This document shows, in pieces, positions 25,760-38,739 of a stretch of DNA of 64,000 nucleotides. Source of the stretch: Octopus sinensis. Lineage: Eukaryota. Below the pieces are notes generated by a model. It made no database searches, was not told the origin of the DNA, and saw only the letters and a program-made list of their open reading frames with translations. Where the stretch lies: positions 11,160,001 through 11,224,000 of the forward strand of contig NC_043011.1 in the NCBI RefSeq assembly GCF_006345805.1. Direction: 5' to 3'. The position numbers and the translations under genes are program-made. The first letter of the stretch is position 1, and every line of letters starts with the position of its first letter.

Positions 25760-26340
25760 ATTTCATCTTCCTTGGCTCCAAAATAAATCGAGATGGTGAC
25801 TGCACTCCAGAAATAAGACGGCGGATAGTACTAGGCAGAGAGGCAATGGTCAGCATGAGCAGGGTCTGAAAGAGTAGAGACATCAGACTCGCTACCAAAT
25901 GCAGATTGGTGAATGCAATTGTCTTCCCAATAGCAACATATGGATGCAAGACCTGGACACTAAAGAAAGCTGACCAGAAGAGAATTAATGCATTCGAGCT
26001 TTGGTGTTGGAGAAGACTTTTGCGGATTCCATGGACAGCGAGGCTCACCAATGGAGAAGTTCTTGAGCAGATAAGGTCGAAAATGTCGCTGGAAGCTAGG
26101 ATCACCAAGCATAGATTGGCATATTTCGGTCATATTATGCGAGAAAATCCCTGGAGAAGAACATCATGCTCAGAATGGTCAGTGGCAAGAGAGGAAGAGG
26201 CCGACCAAGAACCCGCTGGTTGGACACCATCAAGAGTGATACCGGAATGGACATAGCCAATCTGAAAGAAGCGGCCCAGGATAGAACTGACTGGAGGATA
26301 CTGATCCAATGAGTGACCGAGAGTCGACTTCGACTGAGTA
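25760..26340 (+). mobile_element. 3' fragment of a second RTE (BovB-like) LINE family
   Basis: FIFLGSKINRDGDCTPEIRRRI; NAIVFPIATYGCKTWT; INAFELWCWRRLLRIPWTAR. Confidence 0.8.
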
Positions 26341-26379
26341 AATAGAGAGAGAGAGATTTCCAGATACCCAGCAAGTAAA

Positions 26380-26910
26380 GTGAGATCACAGCTCTTGCCT
26401 ATACCAGTGTTGCATAACCAGCCTATTTAAAAAATACCTTTGAATCATTGGGTGACACGCCATGCTCAAGGAGACCTATTGAGTCAAGTAAAATCAAAAA
26501 TCAGATCACAATCAAAAATGGAAATTATAGTTGTGGCTAATGCCAGTGTTGCCTGACTGGCTCTTGTGCTGGTGGCACGCAATAAGCAACATTCATGTGT
26601 GGGTGGTTGCCAGTGGCTCCCTGTGCCGGTGGCACATAAAAAGCACCATCCGAACATGGTCGATGCCAGACCCCCCCCCCTCCGACTGGCTCCTGTGCCG
26701 GTAGCACATAAAAAGCACCCCATCTGAATGTGGCCAATGACAGTGCTGCTGGACAGGCTCCCATGCCAGTGACACGTAAAAAGCACCCGCTACACTCTTG
26801 GAGTGGTTGGCGTTATGAAGGGCATCCGGGTGTAGAAACATTGCCAGTCCCCAGTCAAACTGTCCAAGCCATGCCAGCATGGAAAACGGACATTAAACGA
26901 TGATGATGGT
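26380..26910 (+). mobile_element. Divergent RTE 3' UTR copy
   Basis: Same hairpin units and terminal segment, more diverged. Confidence 0.7.
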
Positions 26911-27714
26911 GATGTTTTCTCAGAAGAACTGCTGTATGAAAACAAAGGCAAAAAATGCTGTAAAACAAAGTGAAACACCTGTATCTAAACCGAAACAGAA
27001 TGTACTTGGCTATAGACCAGGTCAACAAGGAACTTGAAAGCCTAGGAATAATTGAGAAGATGGAGCACTCAGGCTGGGTAGCACCTACCGTCTATGTATA
27101 AAAGTAAAATAAAAATTTAAGAATTTGTGCAGATGTTTCAACAGGTTTGAATGATTGTTAAATCTCACATAACCACTCACTGTTGAGTCCTGAAGAAGTG
27201 TTTGCAAAATTGAAGGAGGGAAATTCTTCTCAAAATTAAACCTCTCTGAAGTATATCTACTAATCCATGTAAGAAGAAGAATGCTCACATTTAGTAACCA
27301 TCAATGCACACTGTGGATTATTTAAATTTAAGATTATTTAATTTGGTGTAAAAGTGGCTCCTTCCATATTTCAGTAAATAATGGATACAGCACTGGGTGA
27401 CTGTGATTTTGCTATCATCTATTTAAACGATATTCTAATATAAAGCAAATAACAACGAACAACATGTAGAACATGTTAAAAGGGTATTCAAAAAGATTAG
27501 AGAATATGGTTTCAAGTTAACAGAAGAAAAATGTGAGTTCTTTATGAAAAATATTAAACACTTGAGCCAGATAATAGATAAAACCAGATCCATCCAGAGC
27601 AACTGCAATGAAAAATATGTTCATGCCGAATAATGTGACTGTGCTCCAAGCATTCTTGGATTTAGTAAATTATTATCAAATTTACATTCCCAGTATACGT
27701 AACGTAAGGGCCCC

Positions 27715-27916
27715 ACTCTTTTACTTGTTTCAGTCATTTGACTGCGGCCATGCTGGAGCACCGCCTTTCGTCGAGCAAATTGACCCCGAGACTTATTCTT
27801 TGTAAGCCCAGTACTTATTCTATTGGTCTCTTTTGCCGAACCACTAAGTGACAGGGACGTAAACACACCAGCATCGGTTGTCAAGCAATGCTAGGGGAAC
27901 AAACACAGACACACAA

Positions 27917-27959
<43 letters not shown>

Positions 27960-28518
27960 CGACAGGCTTCTTTCAGTTTCCGTCTACCAAATCCACTCAC
28001 AAGGCATTGGTTGGCCCGAGGCTATAGCAGAAGACACTTGCCCAAGATACCACACAGTGGGACTGAACCCAGAACCATGTGGTTGGTAGGCAAGCTACTT
28101 ACCACACAGCCACTCCTGCGCCTATTTGTTTGTGTCTTCTGTAAGAATTAGCACTTCCTTCTCTAAGCCTAGATTCGAAATCGAATCCAAGAATCCTCGG
28201 TCGTCCAAACCAATGCAATTAAAGGCGCGAAAGCAAGCACCCCTTTGTTCTGTCAAAAAGTGATTGACCATCTCCCTTTGACCTCAGCCATGTCAGGCTA
28301 AGTTCAACTGGACAAGTGCTGACCTAAATAAGCACTGTCTCTGCTACGATATGACTGTCTTTCTAGCTGTCACAGATATTATAAATACAAGGGAAAAGCA
28401 GAGAAGCGAACAATCGCAGCGGAGATGGGAGATGATCAATCACTTTTTGACAGAACAAAGGGGTTCTCTTTTTCACGCCTTTAATTGCATTTGTTTGGAC
28501 GACCGAGGATTCTTGGAT

Positions 28519-28557
<39 letters not shown>

Positions 28558-28723
28558 GACAGGCTTCTTTCAGTTTCCGTCTACCAAATCCACTCACAAG
28601 GCATTGGTCGGCCCGGGGCTATAGCAGAAGACACTTTCCCAAGATGCCACGCAGTGGGACTGAACCCGGAACCATGTGGTTGGTTAGCAAGTTACTTACC
28701 ACACAGCCACTCCTGCGCCTATA
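27715..28723 (-). mobile_element. Major SINE with a 555-bp duplicated segment inside its (TA)n linker
   Basis: Tail 27715-27960, extra head plus MITE 27964-28519, second head 28557-28723. Confidence 0.8.
28140..28519. mobile_element. Truncated inverted copy of the Ginger-like MITE
   Basis: Near-identical reverse complement of 19547-19926. Confidence 0.8.
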
Positions 28724-29080
28724 TCTATTAAAGAAAAATACAAACTGATGTTGGACTAAGTGCCAGAGGGCATTTGACAAGTTAAAAAGCACTTTAACAT
28801 CGGATTTGTCATTATCGCATTTTGACCCAAAGTTGGATATTATATTGGCTACAGATGCAAGTGATTGCAGTGTTGTTGTGATATTATGTAATTCTAAATG
28901 GTCTGTATGGGAAGGACCTTTTCGGAGAAAGGCAAATTATCATTGATTCGCATCTTTATAGAATTTAAAATCATGAATTTCAGATCTTCCACAGCGTCAA
29001 CTGCCTCTTTAGAAAACGGTAGAATGGAAGTGGTAATTAGCAGTCGTGTTCGGTGTGAAAAGCATGGAACCCGTTTTGAA

Positions 29081-31770
29081 AGGTTTGGCACTCTCAACGT
29101 CGGCACACTGAAAGGTAGGTCTGGTGAGATTGTTGAGATGCTTGAGCGGAGATGTGTTGATATGTGCTGCATCCAAGAAGTAAGGTGGAGAGGAGGTTCT
29201 GCTAGGTTCCTCACAAGCAAAGAACACAGGTACAAGATTTTCTGGGCAGGGAACACTGACGGGTGGGTGGCGTGGGTATACGTCTTAAGTAGAAATGGGT
29301 GGATAAGGTAATCGAGGTAGTCAGAGTATGCGACAGAATACTTAAGATTAGATTAGTGCTTCAGCATGGGTTAGCAACCATTATCTTGGCCTATGCCCCT
29401 CAGCTGGGTCTACCCGATGGCCAGAAACACCGATTCTATGACACCCTCTTGCAGACTACCGTGATGTTGTAGGAGAGAAATGTGTCCACATGGATGATGG
29501 TTCACTTGCGCTGAATGAGGATGCAAAGAGAGAGGTTTGGAGATGCCACTATGAAAGGTTGCTGAATAAAGAAAATGAATGGGATAAAGAGAGTTTGCCG
29601 AATGTTGACCCAACAGAGGGACCTGCTATCCGAGTTGACAGGACCTTGGTAGATAAAGCAATTAAGAGTATGAAGACAGAGAAAGCCCCCAGCTCATCAG
29701 GAATCACTGCAGAGATGCTCAAAATATCTGGCAGTGTCGGCTATAGCCTAGTCACCTGTATAGTTAACCAGGTGATACATAAAGGAGTCATACCCAATGA
29801 CTAGTGTAGCAGCACTATAGTCAACTGCTACAAAGGAAAAGGTGACGCTTTAGATACAAATAATTACAGAAGTATCAAGTTGTTAGATCAGGTAATGAAG
29901 ATCACGGAGAGGGTCATAGCCCAACTAATTAGGGAGAGAGTCAGTTTAGATGAGATGCAGTTTGGATTTGTGCCAGGGAAACGCATCACTGTGATGCTAT
30001 ATTTCTGGTAAGACAGCTGCAGGAGAAATACTTGGCCAAAGATAAACCTCTGTACCTGGCTTTTGTTGACATGGAGAAAGCCTTTGACAGGGTCCTCCGA
30101 TCCCTTATCTGGTGGTCAATGAGGAAACTAGGGATAGATGAATGGTTAGTGAGAGCTGTGCAAGCCATGTACAGGGACACTGTCAGTAAGGTGAGGGTTG
30201 GCAACAAGTGCAGTGAAGAATTCCGGGTGGAGGTAGGGGTCCAAAAAGGTTCAGTCTTTACCTCCCCCCCCCCACCTATTTATCATAGTCCTCTAGGCAA
30301 TAACAGAGGAATTCAAGACATGATGCCTCTGGGAGCTCCTCTATGCTGATGACCTTGCTCTAATTGCTGAGTCACTATCAGAACTACAGGAGAAGTTTCA
30401 GGTGTGGAAACAAGGATTAGAATCGAAGGGCCTTAGAGTCAACCTAGCTAAAACTAAAGTCCTAATAAGTAGGAAGGTAGACAAATCACAAACACCTTCA
30501 GGTAGATGGCCCTGCTTGATCTGTAGAAAAGGTGTAGGTAGAAACTCTATAAGATGTACCAAGTGTAAGTTATGGACACATAAGAGGTGCAGCAATATCA
30601 AAGGAAGGCTAACTGGGAATATAGTTTTTGTATGTGGTAGATACTCAGGAGCAATAAACACTGAAAATGTGCTGAGAACAACTTCCGTCACATTCCAGGG
30701 AGAAAAACTAGAAGTAGTTGATAGTTTCTGTTACCTAGGTGACCAAGTTAGTAGTGGGGGAGGGTGCACTGAAAGTGTAGCTGCTGGAATATGAATAGCT
30801 TGGGCTAAGTTCAGAGAGCTCTTGCCTCTGCTGGTGACAAAGGGCCTCTCGCTCTGAGTAAAAGGCAGACTGTATGACGCATGTGTATGAACAGCCATGC
30901 TACATGGCAGTGAAACATGGGCCATGACTGCTGAGGATATGCGTAAGCTCGCGAGGAATGAAACTAGTATGATCCGATGGATGTGTAATGTCAGTGTACA
31001 TAATCGACAGAGTGTAAGTACCTTGAGAGAAAAGATGGACCTAAAAAGTATCAGATGTAGTGTGCAAGAGAGACGACTGTGCTGGTATGGTCATGTGGCG
31101 AGAATGGATGAGGATAGCTGTGTGAAAAAGTGCCACACCCTAGCAGTTGAGGGAACCTGTGGAAGAGGTAGACCCAAGAAGATCTGGGACGAAGTGGTGA
31201 AGCATGACCTTCGAACATTAGGTTTTACCGAGGCAATGACCAGTAACCGAGACTTTTGGACATATGCTGTGCTTGAGAAGACCCAGCAAGCCAAGTAAAA
31301 CCATAACCTTGTGGCCTAAGCCAGGGGTGTAACCAGCCCACTTATGCGTACCTTCCCTTCATTGGACACTGCTTGCGAAGACCTGTTGAGGCAAGTGAAA
31401 TCGAAATCAAATTCGATGACTGGCATCTGTGCTATTGGAGCACTTAGAGCACCATCCGAGCGTGATCATTGCCAGAGCAGCTAACTGGCATTTGTGCCGG
31501 TGTGCAGGTGACATGTGAAAAAAAAAAAAGAAACGATTTTGTCGTGGCCATTGCCAGTACTGCCCGACTGGCCCTCATGCCGGTGGCACGTAAAAGCATC
31601 CACCACACTCTCGGAATGGTTGGCATTAGGAAGGGCATCCAGCTGTAGAAACTCTGCCAGATCAAGATTGGAGCCTGGTGCAACCATCTGGTTCGCCAGT
31701 CCTCAGTCAAATCGTCCAACCCATGCTAGCATGGAAAGCAGACGTTAAACGATGATGATGATGATGATGC
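29081..31770 (+). mobile_element. 5'-truncated, degenerate RTE-clade LINE
   Basis: Colinear with the other two RTE copies, with multiple stops; ends in GTTAAACGATGATGATG. Confidence 0.9.
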
Positions 31771-32290
31771 AAAGAATCCCAAAAGCGCAACGGGTCGGGT
31801 CAGAGTTCATTATGGCTTATTGGATATCCAAAATATTAATAGAAGGAGTATTAAACACAGACTTATCCTTATTTAGCGTAATATTGTACCTGTTTTTTGC
31901 ACAATCCAAAAACCTACAAAGATTAATATTGTGCTCTTTAGTGTTATTACCAATCGCAGTATCGTCTAAATATGCATGAGTCTTTTCGAATTTTATTTGC
32001 TTAAAATATGGAGCAAGGCTTACATCTCGAAAGATTGGAAGTTCTTCCTCATGCTCCAGAAGCTGCTAGAACATTCAAGCACTAGTTGTTTGTTTTCTCT
32101 CGATATAAAGGTACCGTTACTTCTGGATCCGCTGATGCATACATTAGACTTTTGGCAAATTCAGTTTCTTCAGAAAATATTTGACTCTGCTTTAGCTGCT
32201 TTGAAGGACGCCTTTATTAAGCCATTTAATTCTGTTGTTGCCAGACATAAACTGTCTACACAAAAGCAATTACCTAGTAAATCTATAGAT

Positions 32291-32492
32291 CAGTGGTTTT
32301 CAACCAGGGTTCCGCCAGTACAGTCCAGGGGTTCCGCAAGAAGTTACAAAACTGCTAAAATGGGCAGTAATTTTTAATTCTCCTGTGCAGATATGTGTGC
32401 ATAAGACTATTAAATTATTGCACAGGGGTTCCTCGAGCCAGTGGAATGTTTCCTTGGGGTTCCACTCCAGCAAAAAGTTTGAAAAGCACTGC
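32291..32492. mobile_element. hAT/Charlie-type MITE
   Basis: TIRs CAGTGGTTTTCAA / TTGAAAAGCACTG; 8-bp TSD CTATAGAT. Confidence 0.88.
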
Positions 32493-32599
32493 TATAGATG
32501 AATATGTGCATTCTCTTCAAAATCTTAGTCTGGATGGCGATTTTACGAGTGTTTCTGCTGAAACTTACAGAGACTAGTACATTCAAGATTCATTTATTA

Positions 32600-32818
32600 C
32601 TCTTTTTTTTTTTTTTTTTTTTTTACTTGTTTCAGTCATTTGACTGCGGCCATGCTGGAGCACCGCCTTTAGTCGAGCAAATCGACCACGGGACTTATCC
32701 TTTGTAAGCCCAGTACTTATTCTATCGGTCTCTTTTGTCAAACCGCTAAGTAACGGGGACATAAACACACCAGCATCGGTTGTCAAGCAATGCTAGGGGG
32801 ACAAACACAGAAACACAA

Positions 32819-32851
<33 letters not shown>

Positions 32852-33016
32852 CGACGGGCTTCTTTCAGTTTCCGTCTACCAAATCCACTCACAAGGCTTT
32901 GGTCGGCCCGAGGCTATAGTAGAAGACACTTGCCCAAGGTGCCACGCAGTAGGACTGAACCCGGAACCATGTGGTTGGTAAACAAGCTACTTACCACACA
33001 GCCACTCCTGCGCCTA
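32600..33016 (-). mobile_element. Major SINE copy
   Basis: Full structure, near consensus. Confidence 0.9.
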
Positions 33017-33744
33017 TTACCGGAATTTCATCTCAAAGTATTCGAACTAGACTCCTTGAAAATAAATCGCTTACTCTGACTAAGGCAATTGATCAGGCAT
33101 GCGCTTTGGAAATTGCTAATATCAATTCACAAATTTATGATTCTACATCAATCTCGACTATTTGCCCTGCAGCTACAGCGAAACAAAATGAAGAAATGCT
33201 GAAGTCTTTTTCAGGTGTAGAAGAGTGTGAAAATTTTTAGAAGAAACAAGTGCGGCAGCTAAGTACTACATCAAAATATTAGACACACTGTTACGGATGT
33301 GGAAGTGCATCACAACATGAGCATGTTAAATGTCCCACATGAAATGTTGAATGTAGGAAATGCAAAAAGATTGGTCATTTTCAAAAGTATGCATGTCTAA
33401 AAATTCAGTTACTGCATCAATTCAAACTGCTCCTCTTGCTTCTGTTGAACGCATTGATGATAGAAATATGTATAAATGGATTTTCGTTAAAAAGCTCTCT
33501 TGGACACTGGAAGCTCAGAAAATTTCCTTTCACAATCTGTTGTTAGCTCTCTTTGGCTTCCTTACTTCTCAGTATAATGGTACTATATGGATGGCTGCTG
33601 TTAATTTAAAGTCATCTGTCAAAGCAGGCTGCAAATTAGATATAACTCTTCAAAGATGAATATATCCTGACATTCATTTTCTCGTACTACCCAATTCATG
33701 CACTGATGTTGTATTAGGAATATCTTTCCTCAGTAAACATTCTT

Positions 33745-33997
33745 CCATTGGCACGTAAAAAGCACCATCCGATCGTGGCCGTTTGCCAGCCTCGTCTGGC
33801 ACCTGTGTCGGTGGCACGTAAAAAGCACCCACTACACTCATGGAGTGGTTGGCGTTAGGAAGGGCATCCAGCCGTAGAAACATTGCCAGATCAGACTGGG
33901 CCTGGTGCAGCTTTCTGGCTTCCCAGACCCCAGTTGAACTGTCCAACCCATGCCAGCATGGAAAGCGGACGTTAAACGATGATGATGATGATGATGG
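33745..33997 (+). mobile_element. RTE 3' UTR copy inserted in Gypsy pol
   Basis: Terminal segment plus (GAT)n. Confidence 0.8.
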
Positions 33998-36399
33998 GGA
34001 GTACATCCAAACTTAGAAATGTATTCCTTAGCATCTATTGTAATGGATCCTCCTTGAGTTTTTCTCTCATTTATCGCCAGATTGTAAACCTGTAATTATG
34101 AAATCCAGAAAATTTCAAATGTCTGATGCTCAATCTATCTCTTTTGAAACTGAGCGTTTGTTGAAGGAAAGCATCATCAAACCAAGCAATTCACCATGGA
34201 GAGCGCACGAACACGTAGTTCAAAACCATACAAAAAAAACAAAGACTAGTTATTGATTACTTGGTTTTGATAAATAAGTTTACTTATCTAGATGCATATC
34301 CCTTGCTGAATTTAGATGATTTAATAAACATGATTTCTAGTTACAAATACTTTAATCATTTAGACTTACGTAGCACTTACCATTGTGTGCCACTTCACAA
34401 GGATGACAAAATTTATGCTGCCTTTGAGGTAAACAGACATTTGTATCAGTTTACACGACTTCCTTAGGGTTTGATGAATGATGTCACTTGTTTTCAGTGA
34501 ATTATTGACAGTTTCATACATCAAAATAAATTATAAAAGACTCGTGCATATTTAGACGATATTGTGATTGGCGGTAACACTAACGAAGAGCACAATATTA
34601 ATCTTTGTATATTTTTGAATTGTGCAAAATGGTACAATATCACACTAAATAAGGATAAGTGTGTGTTTAATATTCCTTCTATTAATATTTTGGGATATCA
34701 AATAAGCCATAATGAACTCCAACCTGACCTGTCGTGCTTTTCTGCTCTAAAAAACAATAAAAAGTTGACCACAAGATAAAAAATTTTTGTCCTGTATTTC
34801 GGGATTATTTGCATACAATTTGAAATGGGTTCCATGCTTTTCACACTGAATACGACTGCTAATTATCTCTTCCATTTCTCCACTTTCTAAAGAGGCAGTT
34901 GTTGGAGACCTGAAATTCGTGATTTTAAATTCTGTAAAGATGCAAATTGATGATAATTTGCCTTTTCCATTTGAAACAGATGCGTCCGACATGACTACCG
35001 CTGCTATATTGAATCAGTATGTTCAACTGGTCACCTTTTCTAGCGTATGCTTAACTTTTCTGTAAAGCACCATTCCATTGTCAAAAAAGAAGCTCATGCT
35101 ATTGTTGAAGCGATAAAAAAAATGACACCACTTTCTCGTTGGTCACCAATTTACTTTGATAACCAACCAAAAATCTGTGTCCTACATCATCGACACCTGT
35201 CATCAAAGTAAAATAAAAAATGAAAAGATCAAAAGGTGGAAGTTAGAGCTTATGCCTTAGAAGTATGATGTACAGCATCAAGCTGGTTCGTTAAATACTG
35301 CTACCGATTCTCTTTGAAGAGAATTTTGTGCTGTTACTTTAGAATTACTTAAAAATTTGTGTCATCCTGGGATTGCACGTATGGTGCACTTTATCTGCAT
35401 TCGAAATTTACCCTATTCTGTAGACAATGCAAAAAAAACATTATTTTCCGGTGTTCTACTTGTCAAAAATGTAAACCATGATTCTATAGACCAGAAAAAC
35501 AAGAATTGATTTGAGCTATGTATCCATTTGATAGACTTGGCATAGATTTTCAAGGTCCTCTGCCTTTGTCTTCCTTAAATAAAAACTTATTAATAGTTAT
35601 GGATGAATATTCACGATTTCCTTTTGGTTTTGTGTGTCAGGATACATCTTGCTCAACCGTTATTTCCTGTCTTATGTTGCTGTTTTCAATTTCCGGTCTT
35701 CTTGGATATTTACATTCAGATAGAAGTTCATCGTTAATGTTGTTGGAACTAAAATCATTTTTACACTCCAGAGGTGTCCCTACGAGTAGATCTACCCCAT
35801 ATCACCCAACAGGGAATGGTCAATGCGAGCTATTTGTTGGAAAATCGAATAAGGAAGTCATAGATGAGGTAGCTCTACAACAATTATTCTTAGGAGTATA
35901 CCATGTGGCACCAAATCCAATGACACCAGTGGAGCTGATGTTCGTGTGGAAAATAAAATCAGTCTTTGACAAATTGGTGAAAAGGTATTTGTGAGGGTAT
36001 ATAAGAATGGAAAACAGAGTTGTGAAGATGGCGTCATTACCAAACGTATAGGGAAAATGCTCTACTTGGTAAAAAGTAGGAAAGGGGTATACAAGAGACA
36101 CATGAGCCAGCTGAAAAAAAGATTCATTGAGAGCAAGCCCAAGAGAATGGAAGAATCAATGGAATGGTTATATGATACTTTTCAAGTACTAATGCCACTA
36201 TAAGTGATTGAACCCAAATGCACAAGTGTAAGAAAAAGAAAATGTACGAAGTTCTTGGAAGTGGGTGCCAAACAGAAAAAAAATATTAAATGTATAACTT
36301 GGAAGAAAAAAACTCAAAAAAGGTAGGTTGGGTGATATAAAAAGTATTGCTATTAAAAGAAATAAATGACACTCCCTAAGAAAAACTGAAAAGGGGAGA

Positions 36400-36589
36400 T
36401 GTTGTGGGGATAATAGTAATAATGGTATACTCTTCCCACGTATGTGCTAGTTGCTATAAATAAGGTGACATTGGTCTGTATAAAGGAGAGTATGAAGTAG
36501 ACAGTCATAGTCATGGTCTTACTTGTCTTACTAACTATACTGCTATACCAGAGTGGGCGTTATAACAATCAGATGAAAAGACTACAACA
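36400..36589 (+). repeat. 3' LTR of the intron-2 Gypsy element
   Basis: Follows the PPT; roughly 10-15% diverged from the 5' LTR by eye, plus two indels. Confidence 0.9.
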
Positions 36590-36885
36590 GTAATTTATTT
36601 ACTCATGATTGAAAAAGGTTATGAGCAACACAACTCACTCAATTTCCCTCTGCTAGCAATCTTACTCTGTATGTAAGACAACAGGAAACATCTCCAATTT
36701 ATCCTTGTATATGATACTATGACATCATTACATGCTGCATCATCAATCTAAAATGCTCCTAGGAAAATAAGACCCAGCTAAGCTTTTGATAGAATGTAAT
36801 TACTATTTGGAAGAAATATTGTCAAATGTGTAATCTTTGTTATTGCTTATAATCAAATTCTGTTTGTTTTTCCCTCATCTTACAG

Positions 36886-36959
36886 ACTATTCCAAGTAAC
36901 CAGAACAAAAATAATATCATGTTTGTGAAATTATTGGTTGATTATGCTACATTAAAAAG
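36886..36959 (+). CDS. TTK: TTK/Mps1 coding exon 3 (TIPSNQNKNNIMFVKLLVDYATLK)
   Basis: CAG acceptor and GTGAGA donor; phase 0 in, phase 2 out. Colinear with human [24 protein letters not shown]. Confidence 0.8.
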
Positions 36960-38739
36960 GTGAGATGATTATTTTCTTCTTTCTCAGTATAAGTACAACA
37001 ATTTCAGCAAAGTAGAGTGTGGTAAAATTTGCTTCTCAACCACTTCGTTCCAGATTCAGTGTCAGTGTGTGTCACCTTGGGCAAGTGTATTCTACTATAG
37101 CCCTAGGCCTATGAGTAGATTTGGTAGATGGAAACTGAGAGAAGCTCATATATATATACGCGAGTATATATATATATGTATGATGATGATGATGTATATG
37201 TGCATGCATTTTGTGTGTATGTATGTATTACTGTCTCCTTGTCTTGACCATCCTATGATAGCTTGAAGCAAGTGTCACTATCATACAAGTAGTGTCCTTC
37301 ATTTCCAATCTGTGTAAACATTTCTGGTCATAGGGAAACATTATCATCATCATCGTTTAGCGTCCGCTTTCCATGCTGGCATAGGTTGGACAGTGCAACT
37401 GGGGTCTGGGAAGCCAGAAGGCTGCACCAGGCCCAGTCTGATCTGGCAATGTTTCTACGGCTGGATGCCCTTCCTAACGCCAACCACTCCATGAGTGTAG
37501 TGGGTGCTTTTTACGTGCCACCGGCACGGTTTTATGTGCCACCGGTAAACAGGTAAGAGATGGTGATAGGAAGAGCATAGAAAATTTACCTCAGTAAATT
37601 CATCCAACCTATACCAGCATGGAGAAGTGAATGTTAAATGATCATGGTGATGAGGAAATATTGTGCCAAATTTATCTTCTATTATTTCTATGATCTTGTT
37701 AAAGGTTTCTACAACTGGATGCCTTACTTAATGCCAACCACTTTACAGCATGTATTGGATGCATTTTCTGTGGCACTTGCACTAGTGTGGTTTCTATGTG
37801 GTCTGCAAAACTAAGATCCTCTTCAACTGAGTGGGAGCTACAAAAGAGAGAGTTGTTATGGGATGAAGGATTCAAGTGTAAGAGAAGGAGACGAAACAGA
37901 ACAGGTCTCTTGCTATAGAACAACTACACTGTTACATTATAGAAGAGGAAATGGGAATGGCTGTGATGGTGCTGGAAAGAGAAAAATAGTGATGATGAGG
38001 TGACAATGCAATTTGAGGTATGAAACGAGAAGAAATGGGTGAGTACAGGAAGTATGAGTTATTAGAGGTTGCAAGAGTATATGGGAGACTGAGAGATGGT
38101 TAGAGATAGAGAATGGGTAAGAGGGTGAATATAATGAACAAATATAAGGGGATGATAAGTTTGGAAGGCAAGGAAGAAGGAACAGTAGGTGGCAAATGTA
38201 GAAATTGGGTAGGGTTGAGGAGTAACCGTTGCTACCTAAGTTGGAGTGGATATTAGATGACTGGCAGTGCAGATAAAGGGGTAGCACAGGGGTGAAGAGC
38301 AGCAGAATGGTAAGATAGAAGTACATCGTTTATGTTGTCAGAACTAAAATCATTTTTACACTCCAGAGGTGTCCCTACGAGTAGATCTACCCCATATCAC
38401 CCAACAGGGAATGGTCAATGTGAGCGATTTGTTGGTTCAGTGTGGAAAGCCATTACAATGTGTTTGACAAGGGAAGAATGGGAGAAGGTGAAAGCAAAGG
38501 AGAGATAACATGGTTGGGTAGGTTATAGAGTGTGGGGGCCCGAAGAAGTGAATAAGGGAGAGTGATCAAGGTAAAATGTAGATAGAGAGGACAGTATTAA
38601 GAATGAAAGGTGGATGACTGAAATGGTTCAAGATAGTGAGAAGATATAAATGGTATCAAGGTAAATCTGTTCTGCCTTTAGTGATTCACAGTATTTTGGT
38701 ATTAACCTTGACAAACCATCTGCATGTCCCCAATTTTTT

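Larger units (their letters stand above)
31775..35838 (+). mobile_element. Second, nested degenerate Gypsy family (gag, protease, RT, RNase H, integrase)
   Basis: Gag start MEQGLHLERLEVLPHAPEAARTFKH; IRTRLLEN; DAYPLLNLDDLI; GIDFQGPLP; HSDRSSS; STPYHPTGNGQCE. Confidence 0.8.
18994..36589 (+). mobile_element. Ty3/Gypsy LTR retrotransposon with many nested insertions
   Basis: Matching LTRs, 5-bp TSD GTAAT (18989-18993 and 36590-36594), PBS-like TGGCAACAAGG and PPT AAAAGGGGAGA. Gag, zinc knuckle, protease (KLDTGSDISI), RT, RNase H and integrase remnants occur in order. Confidence 0.88.
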
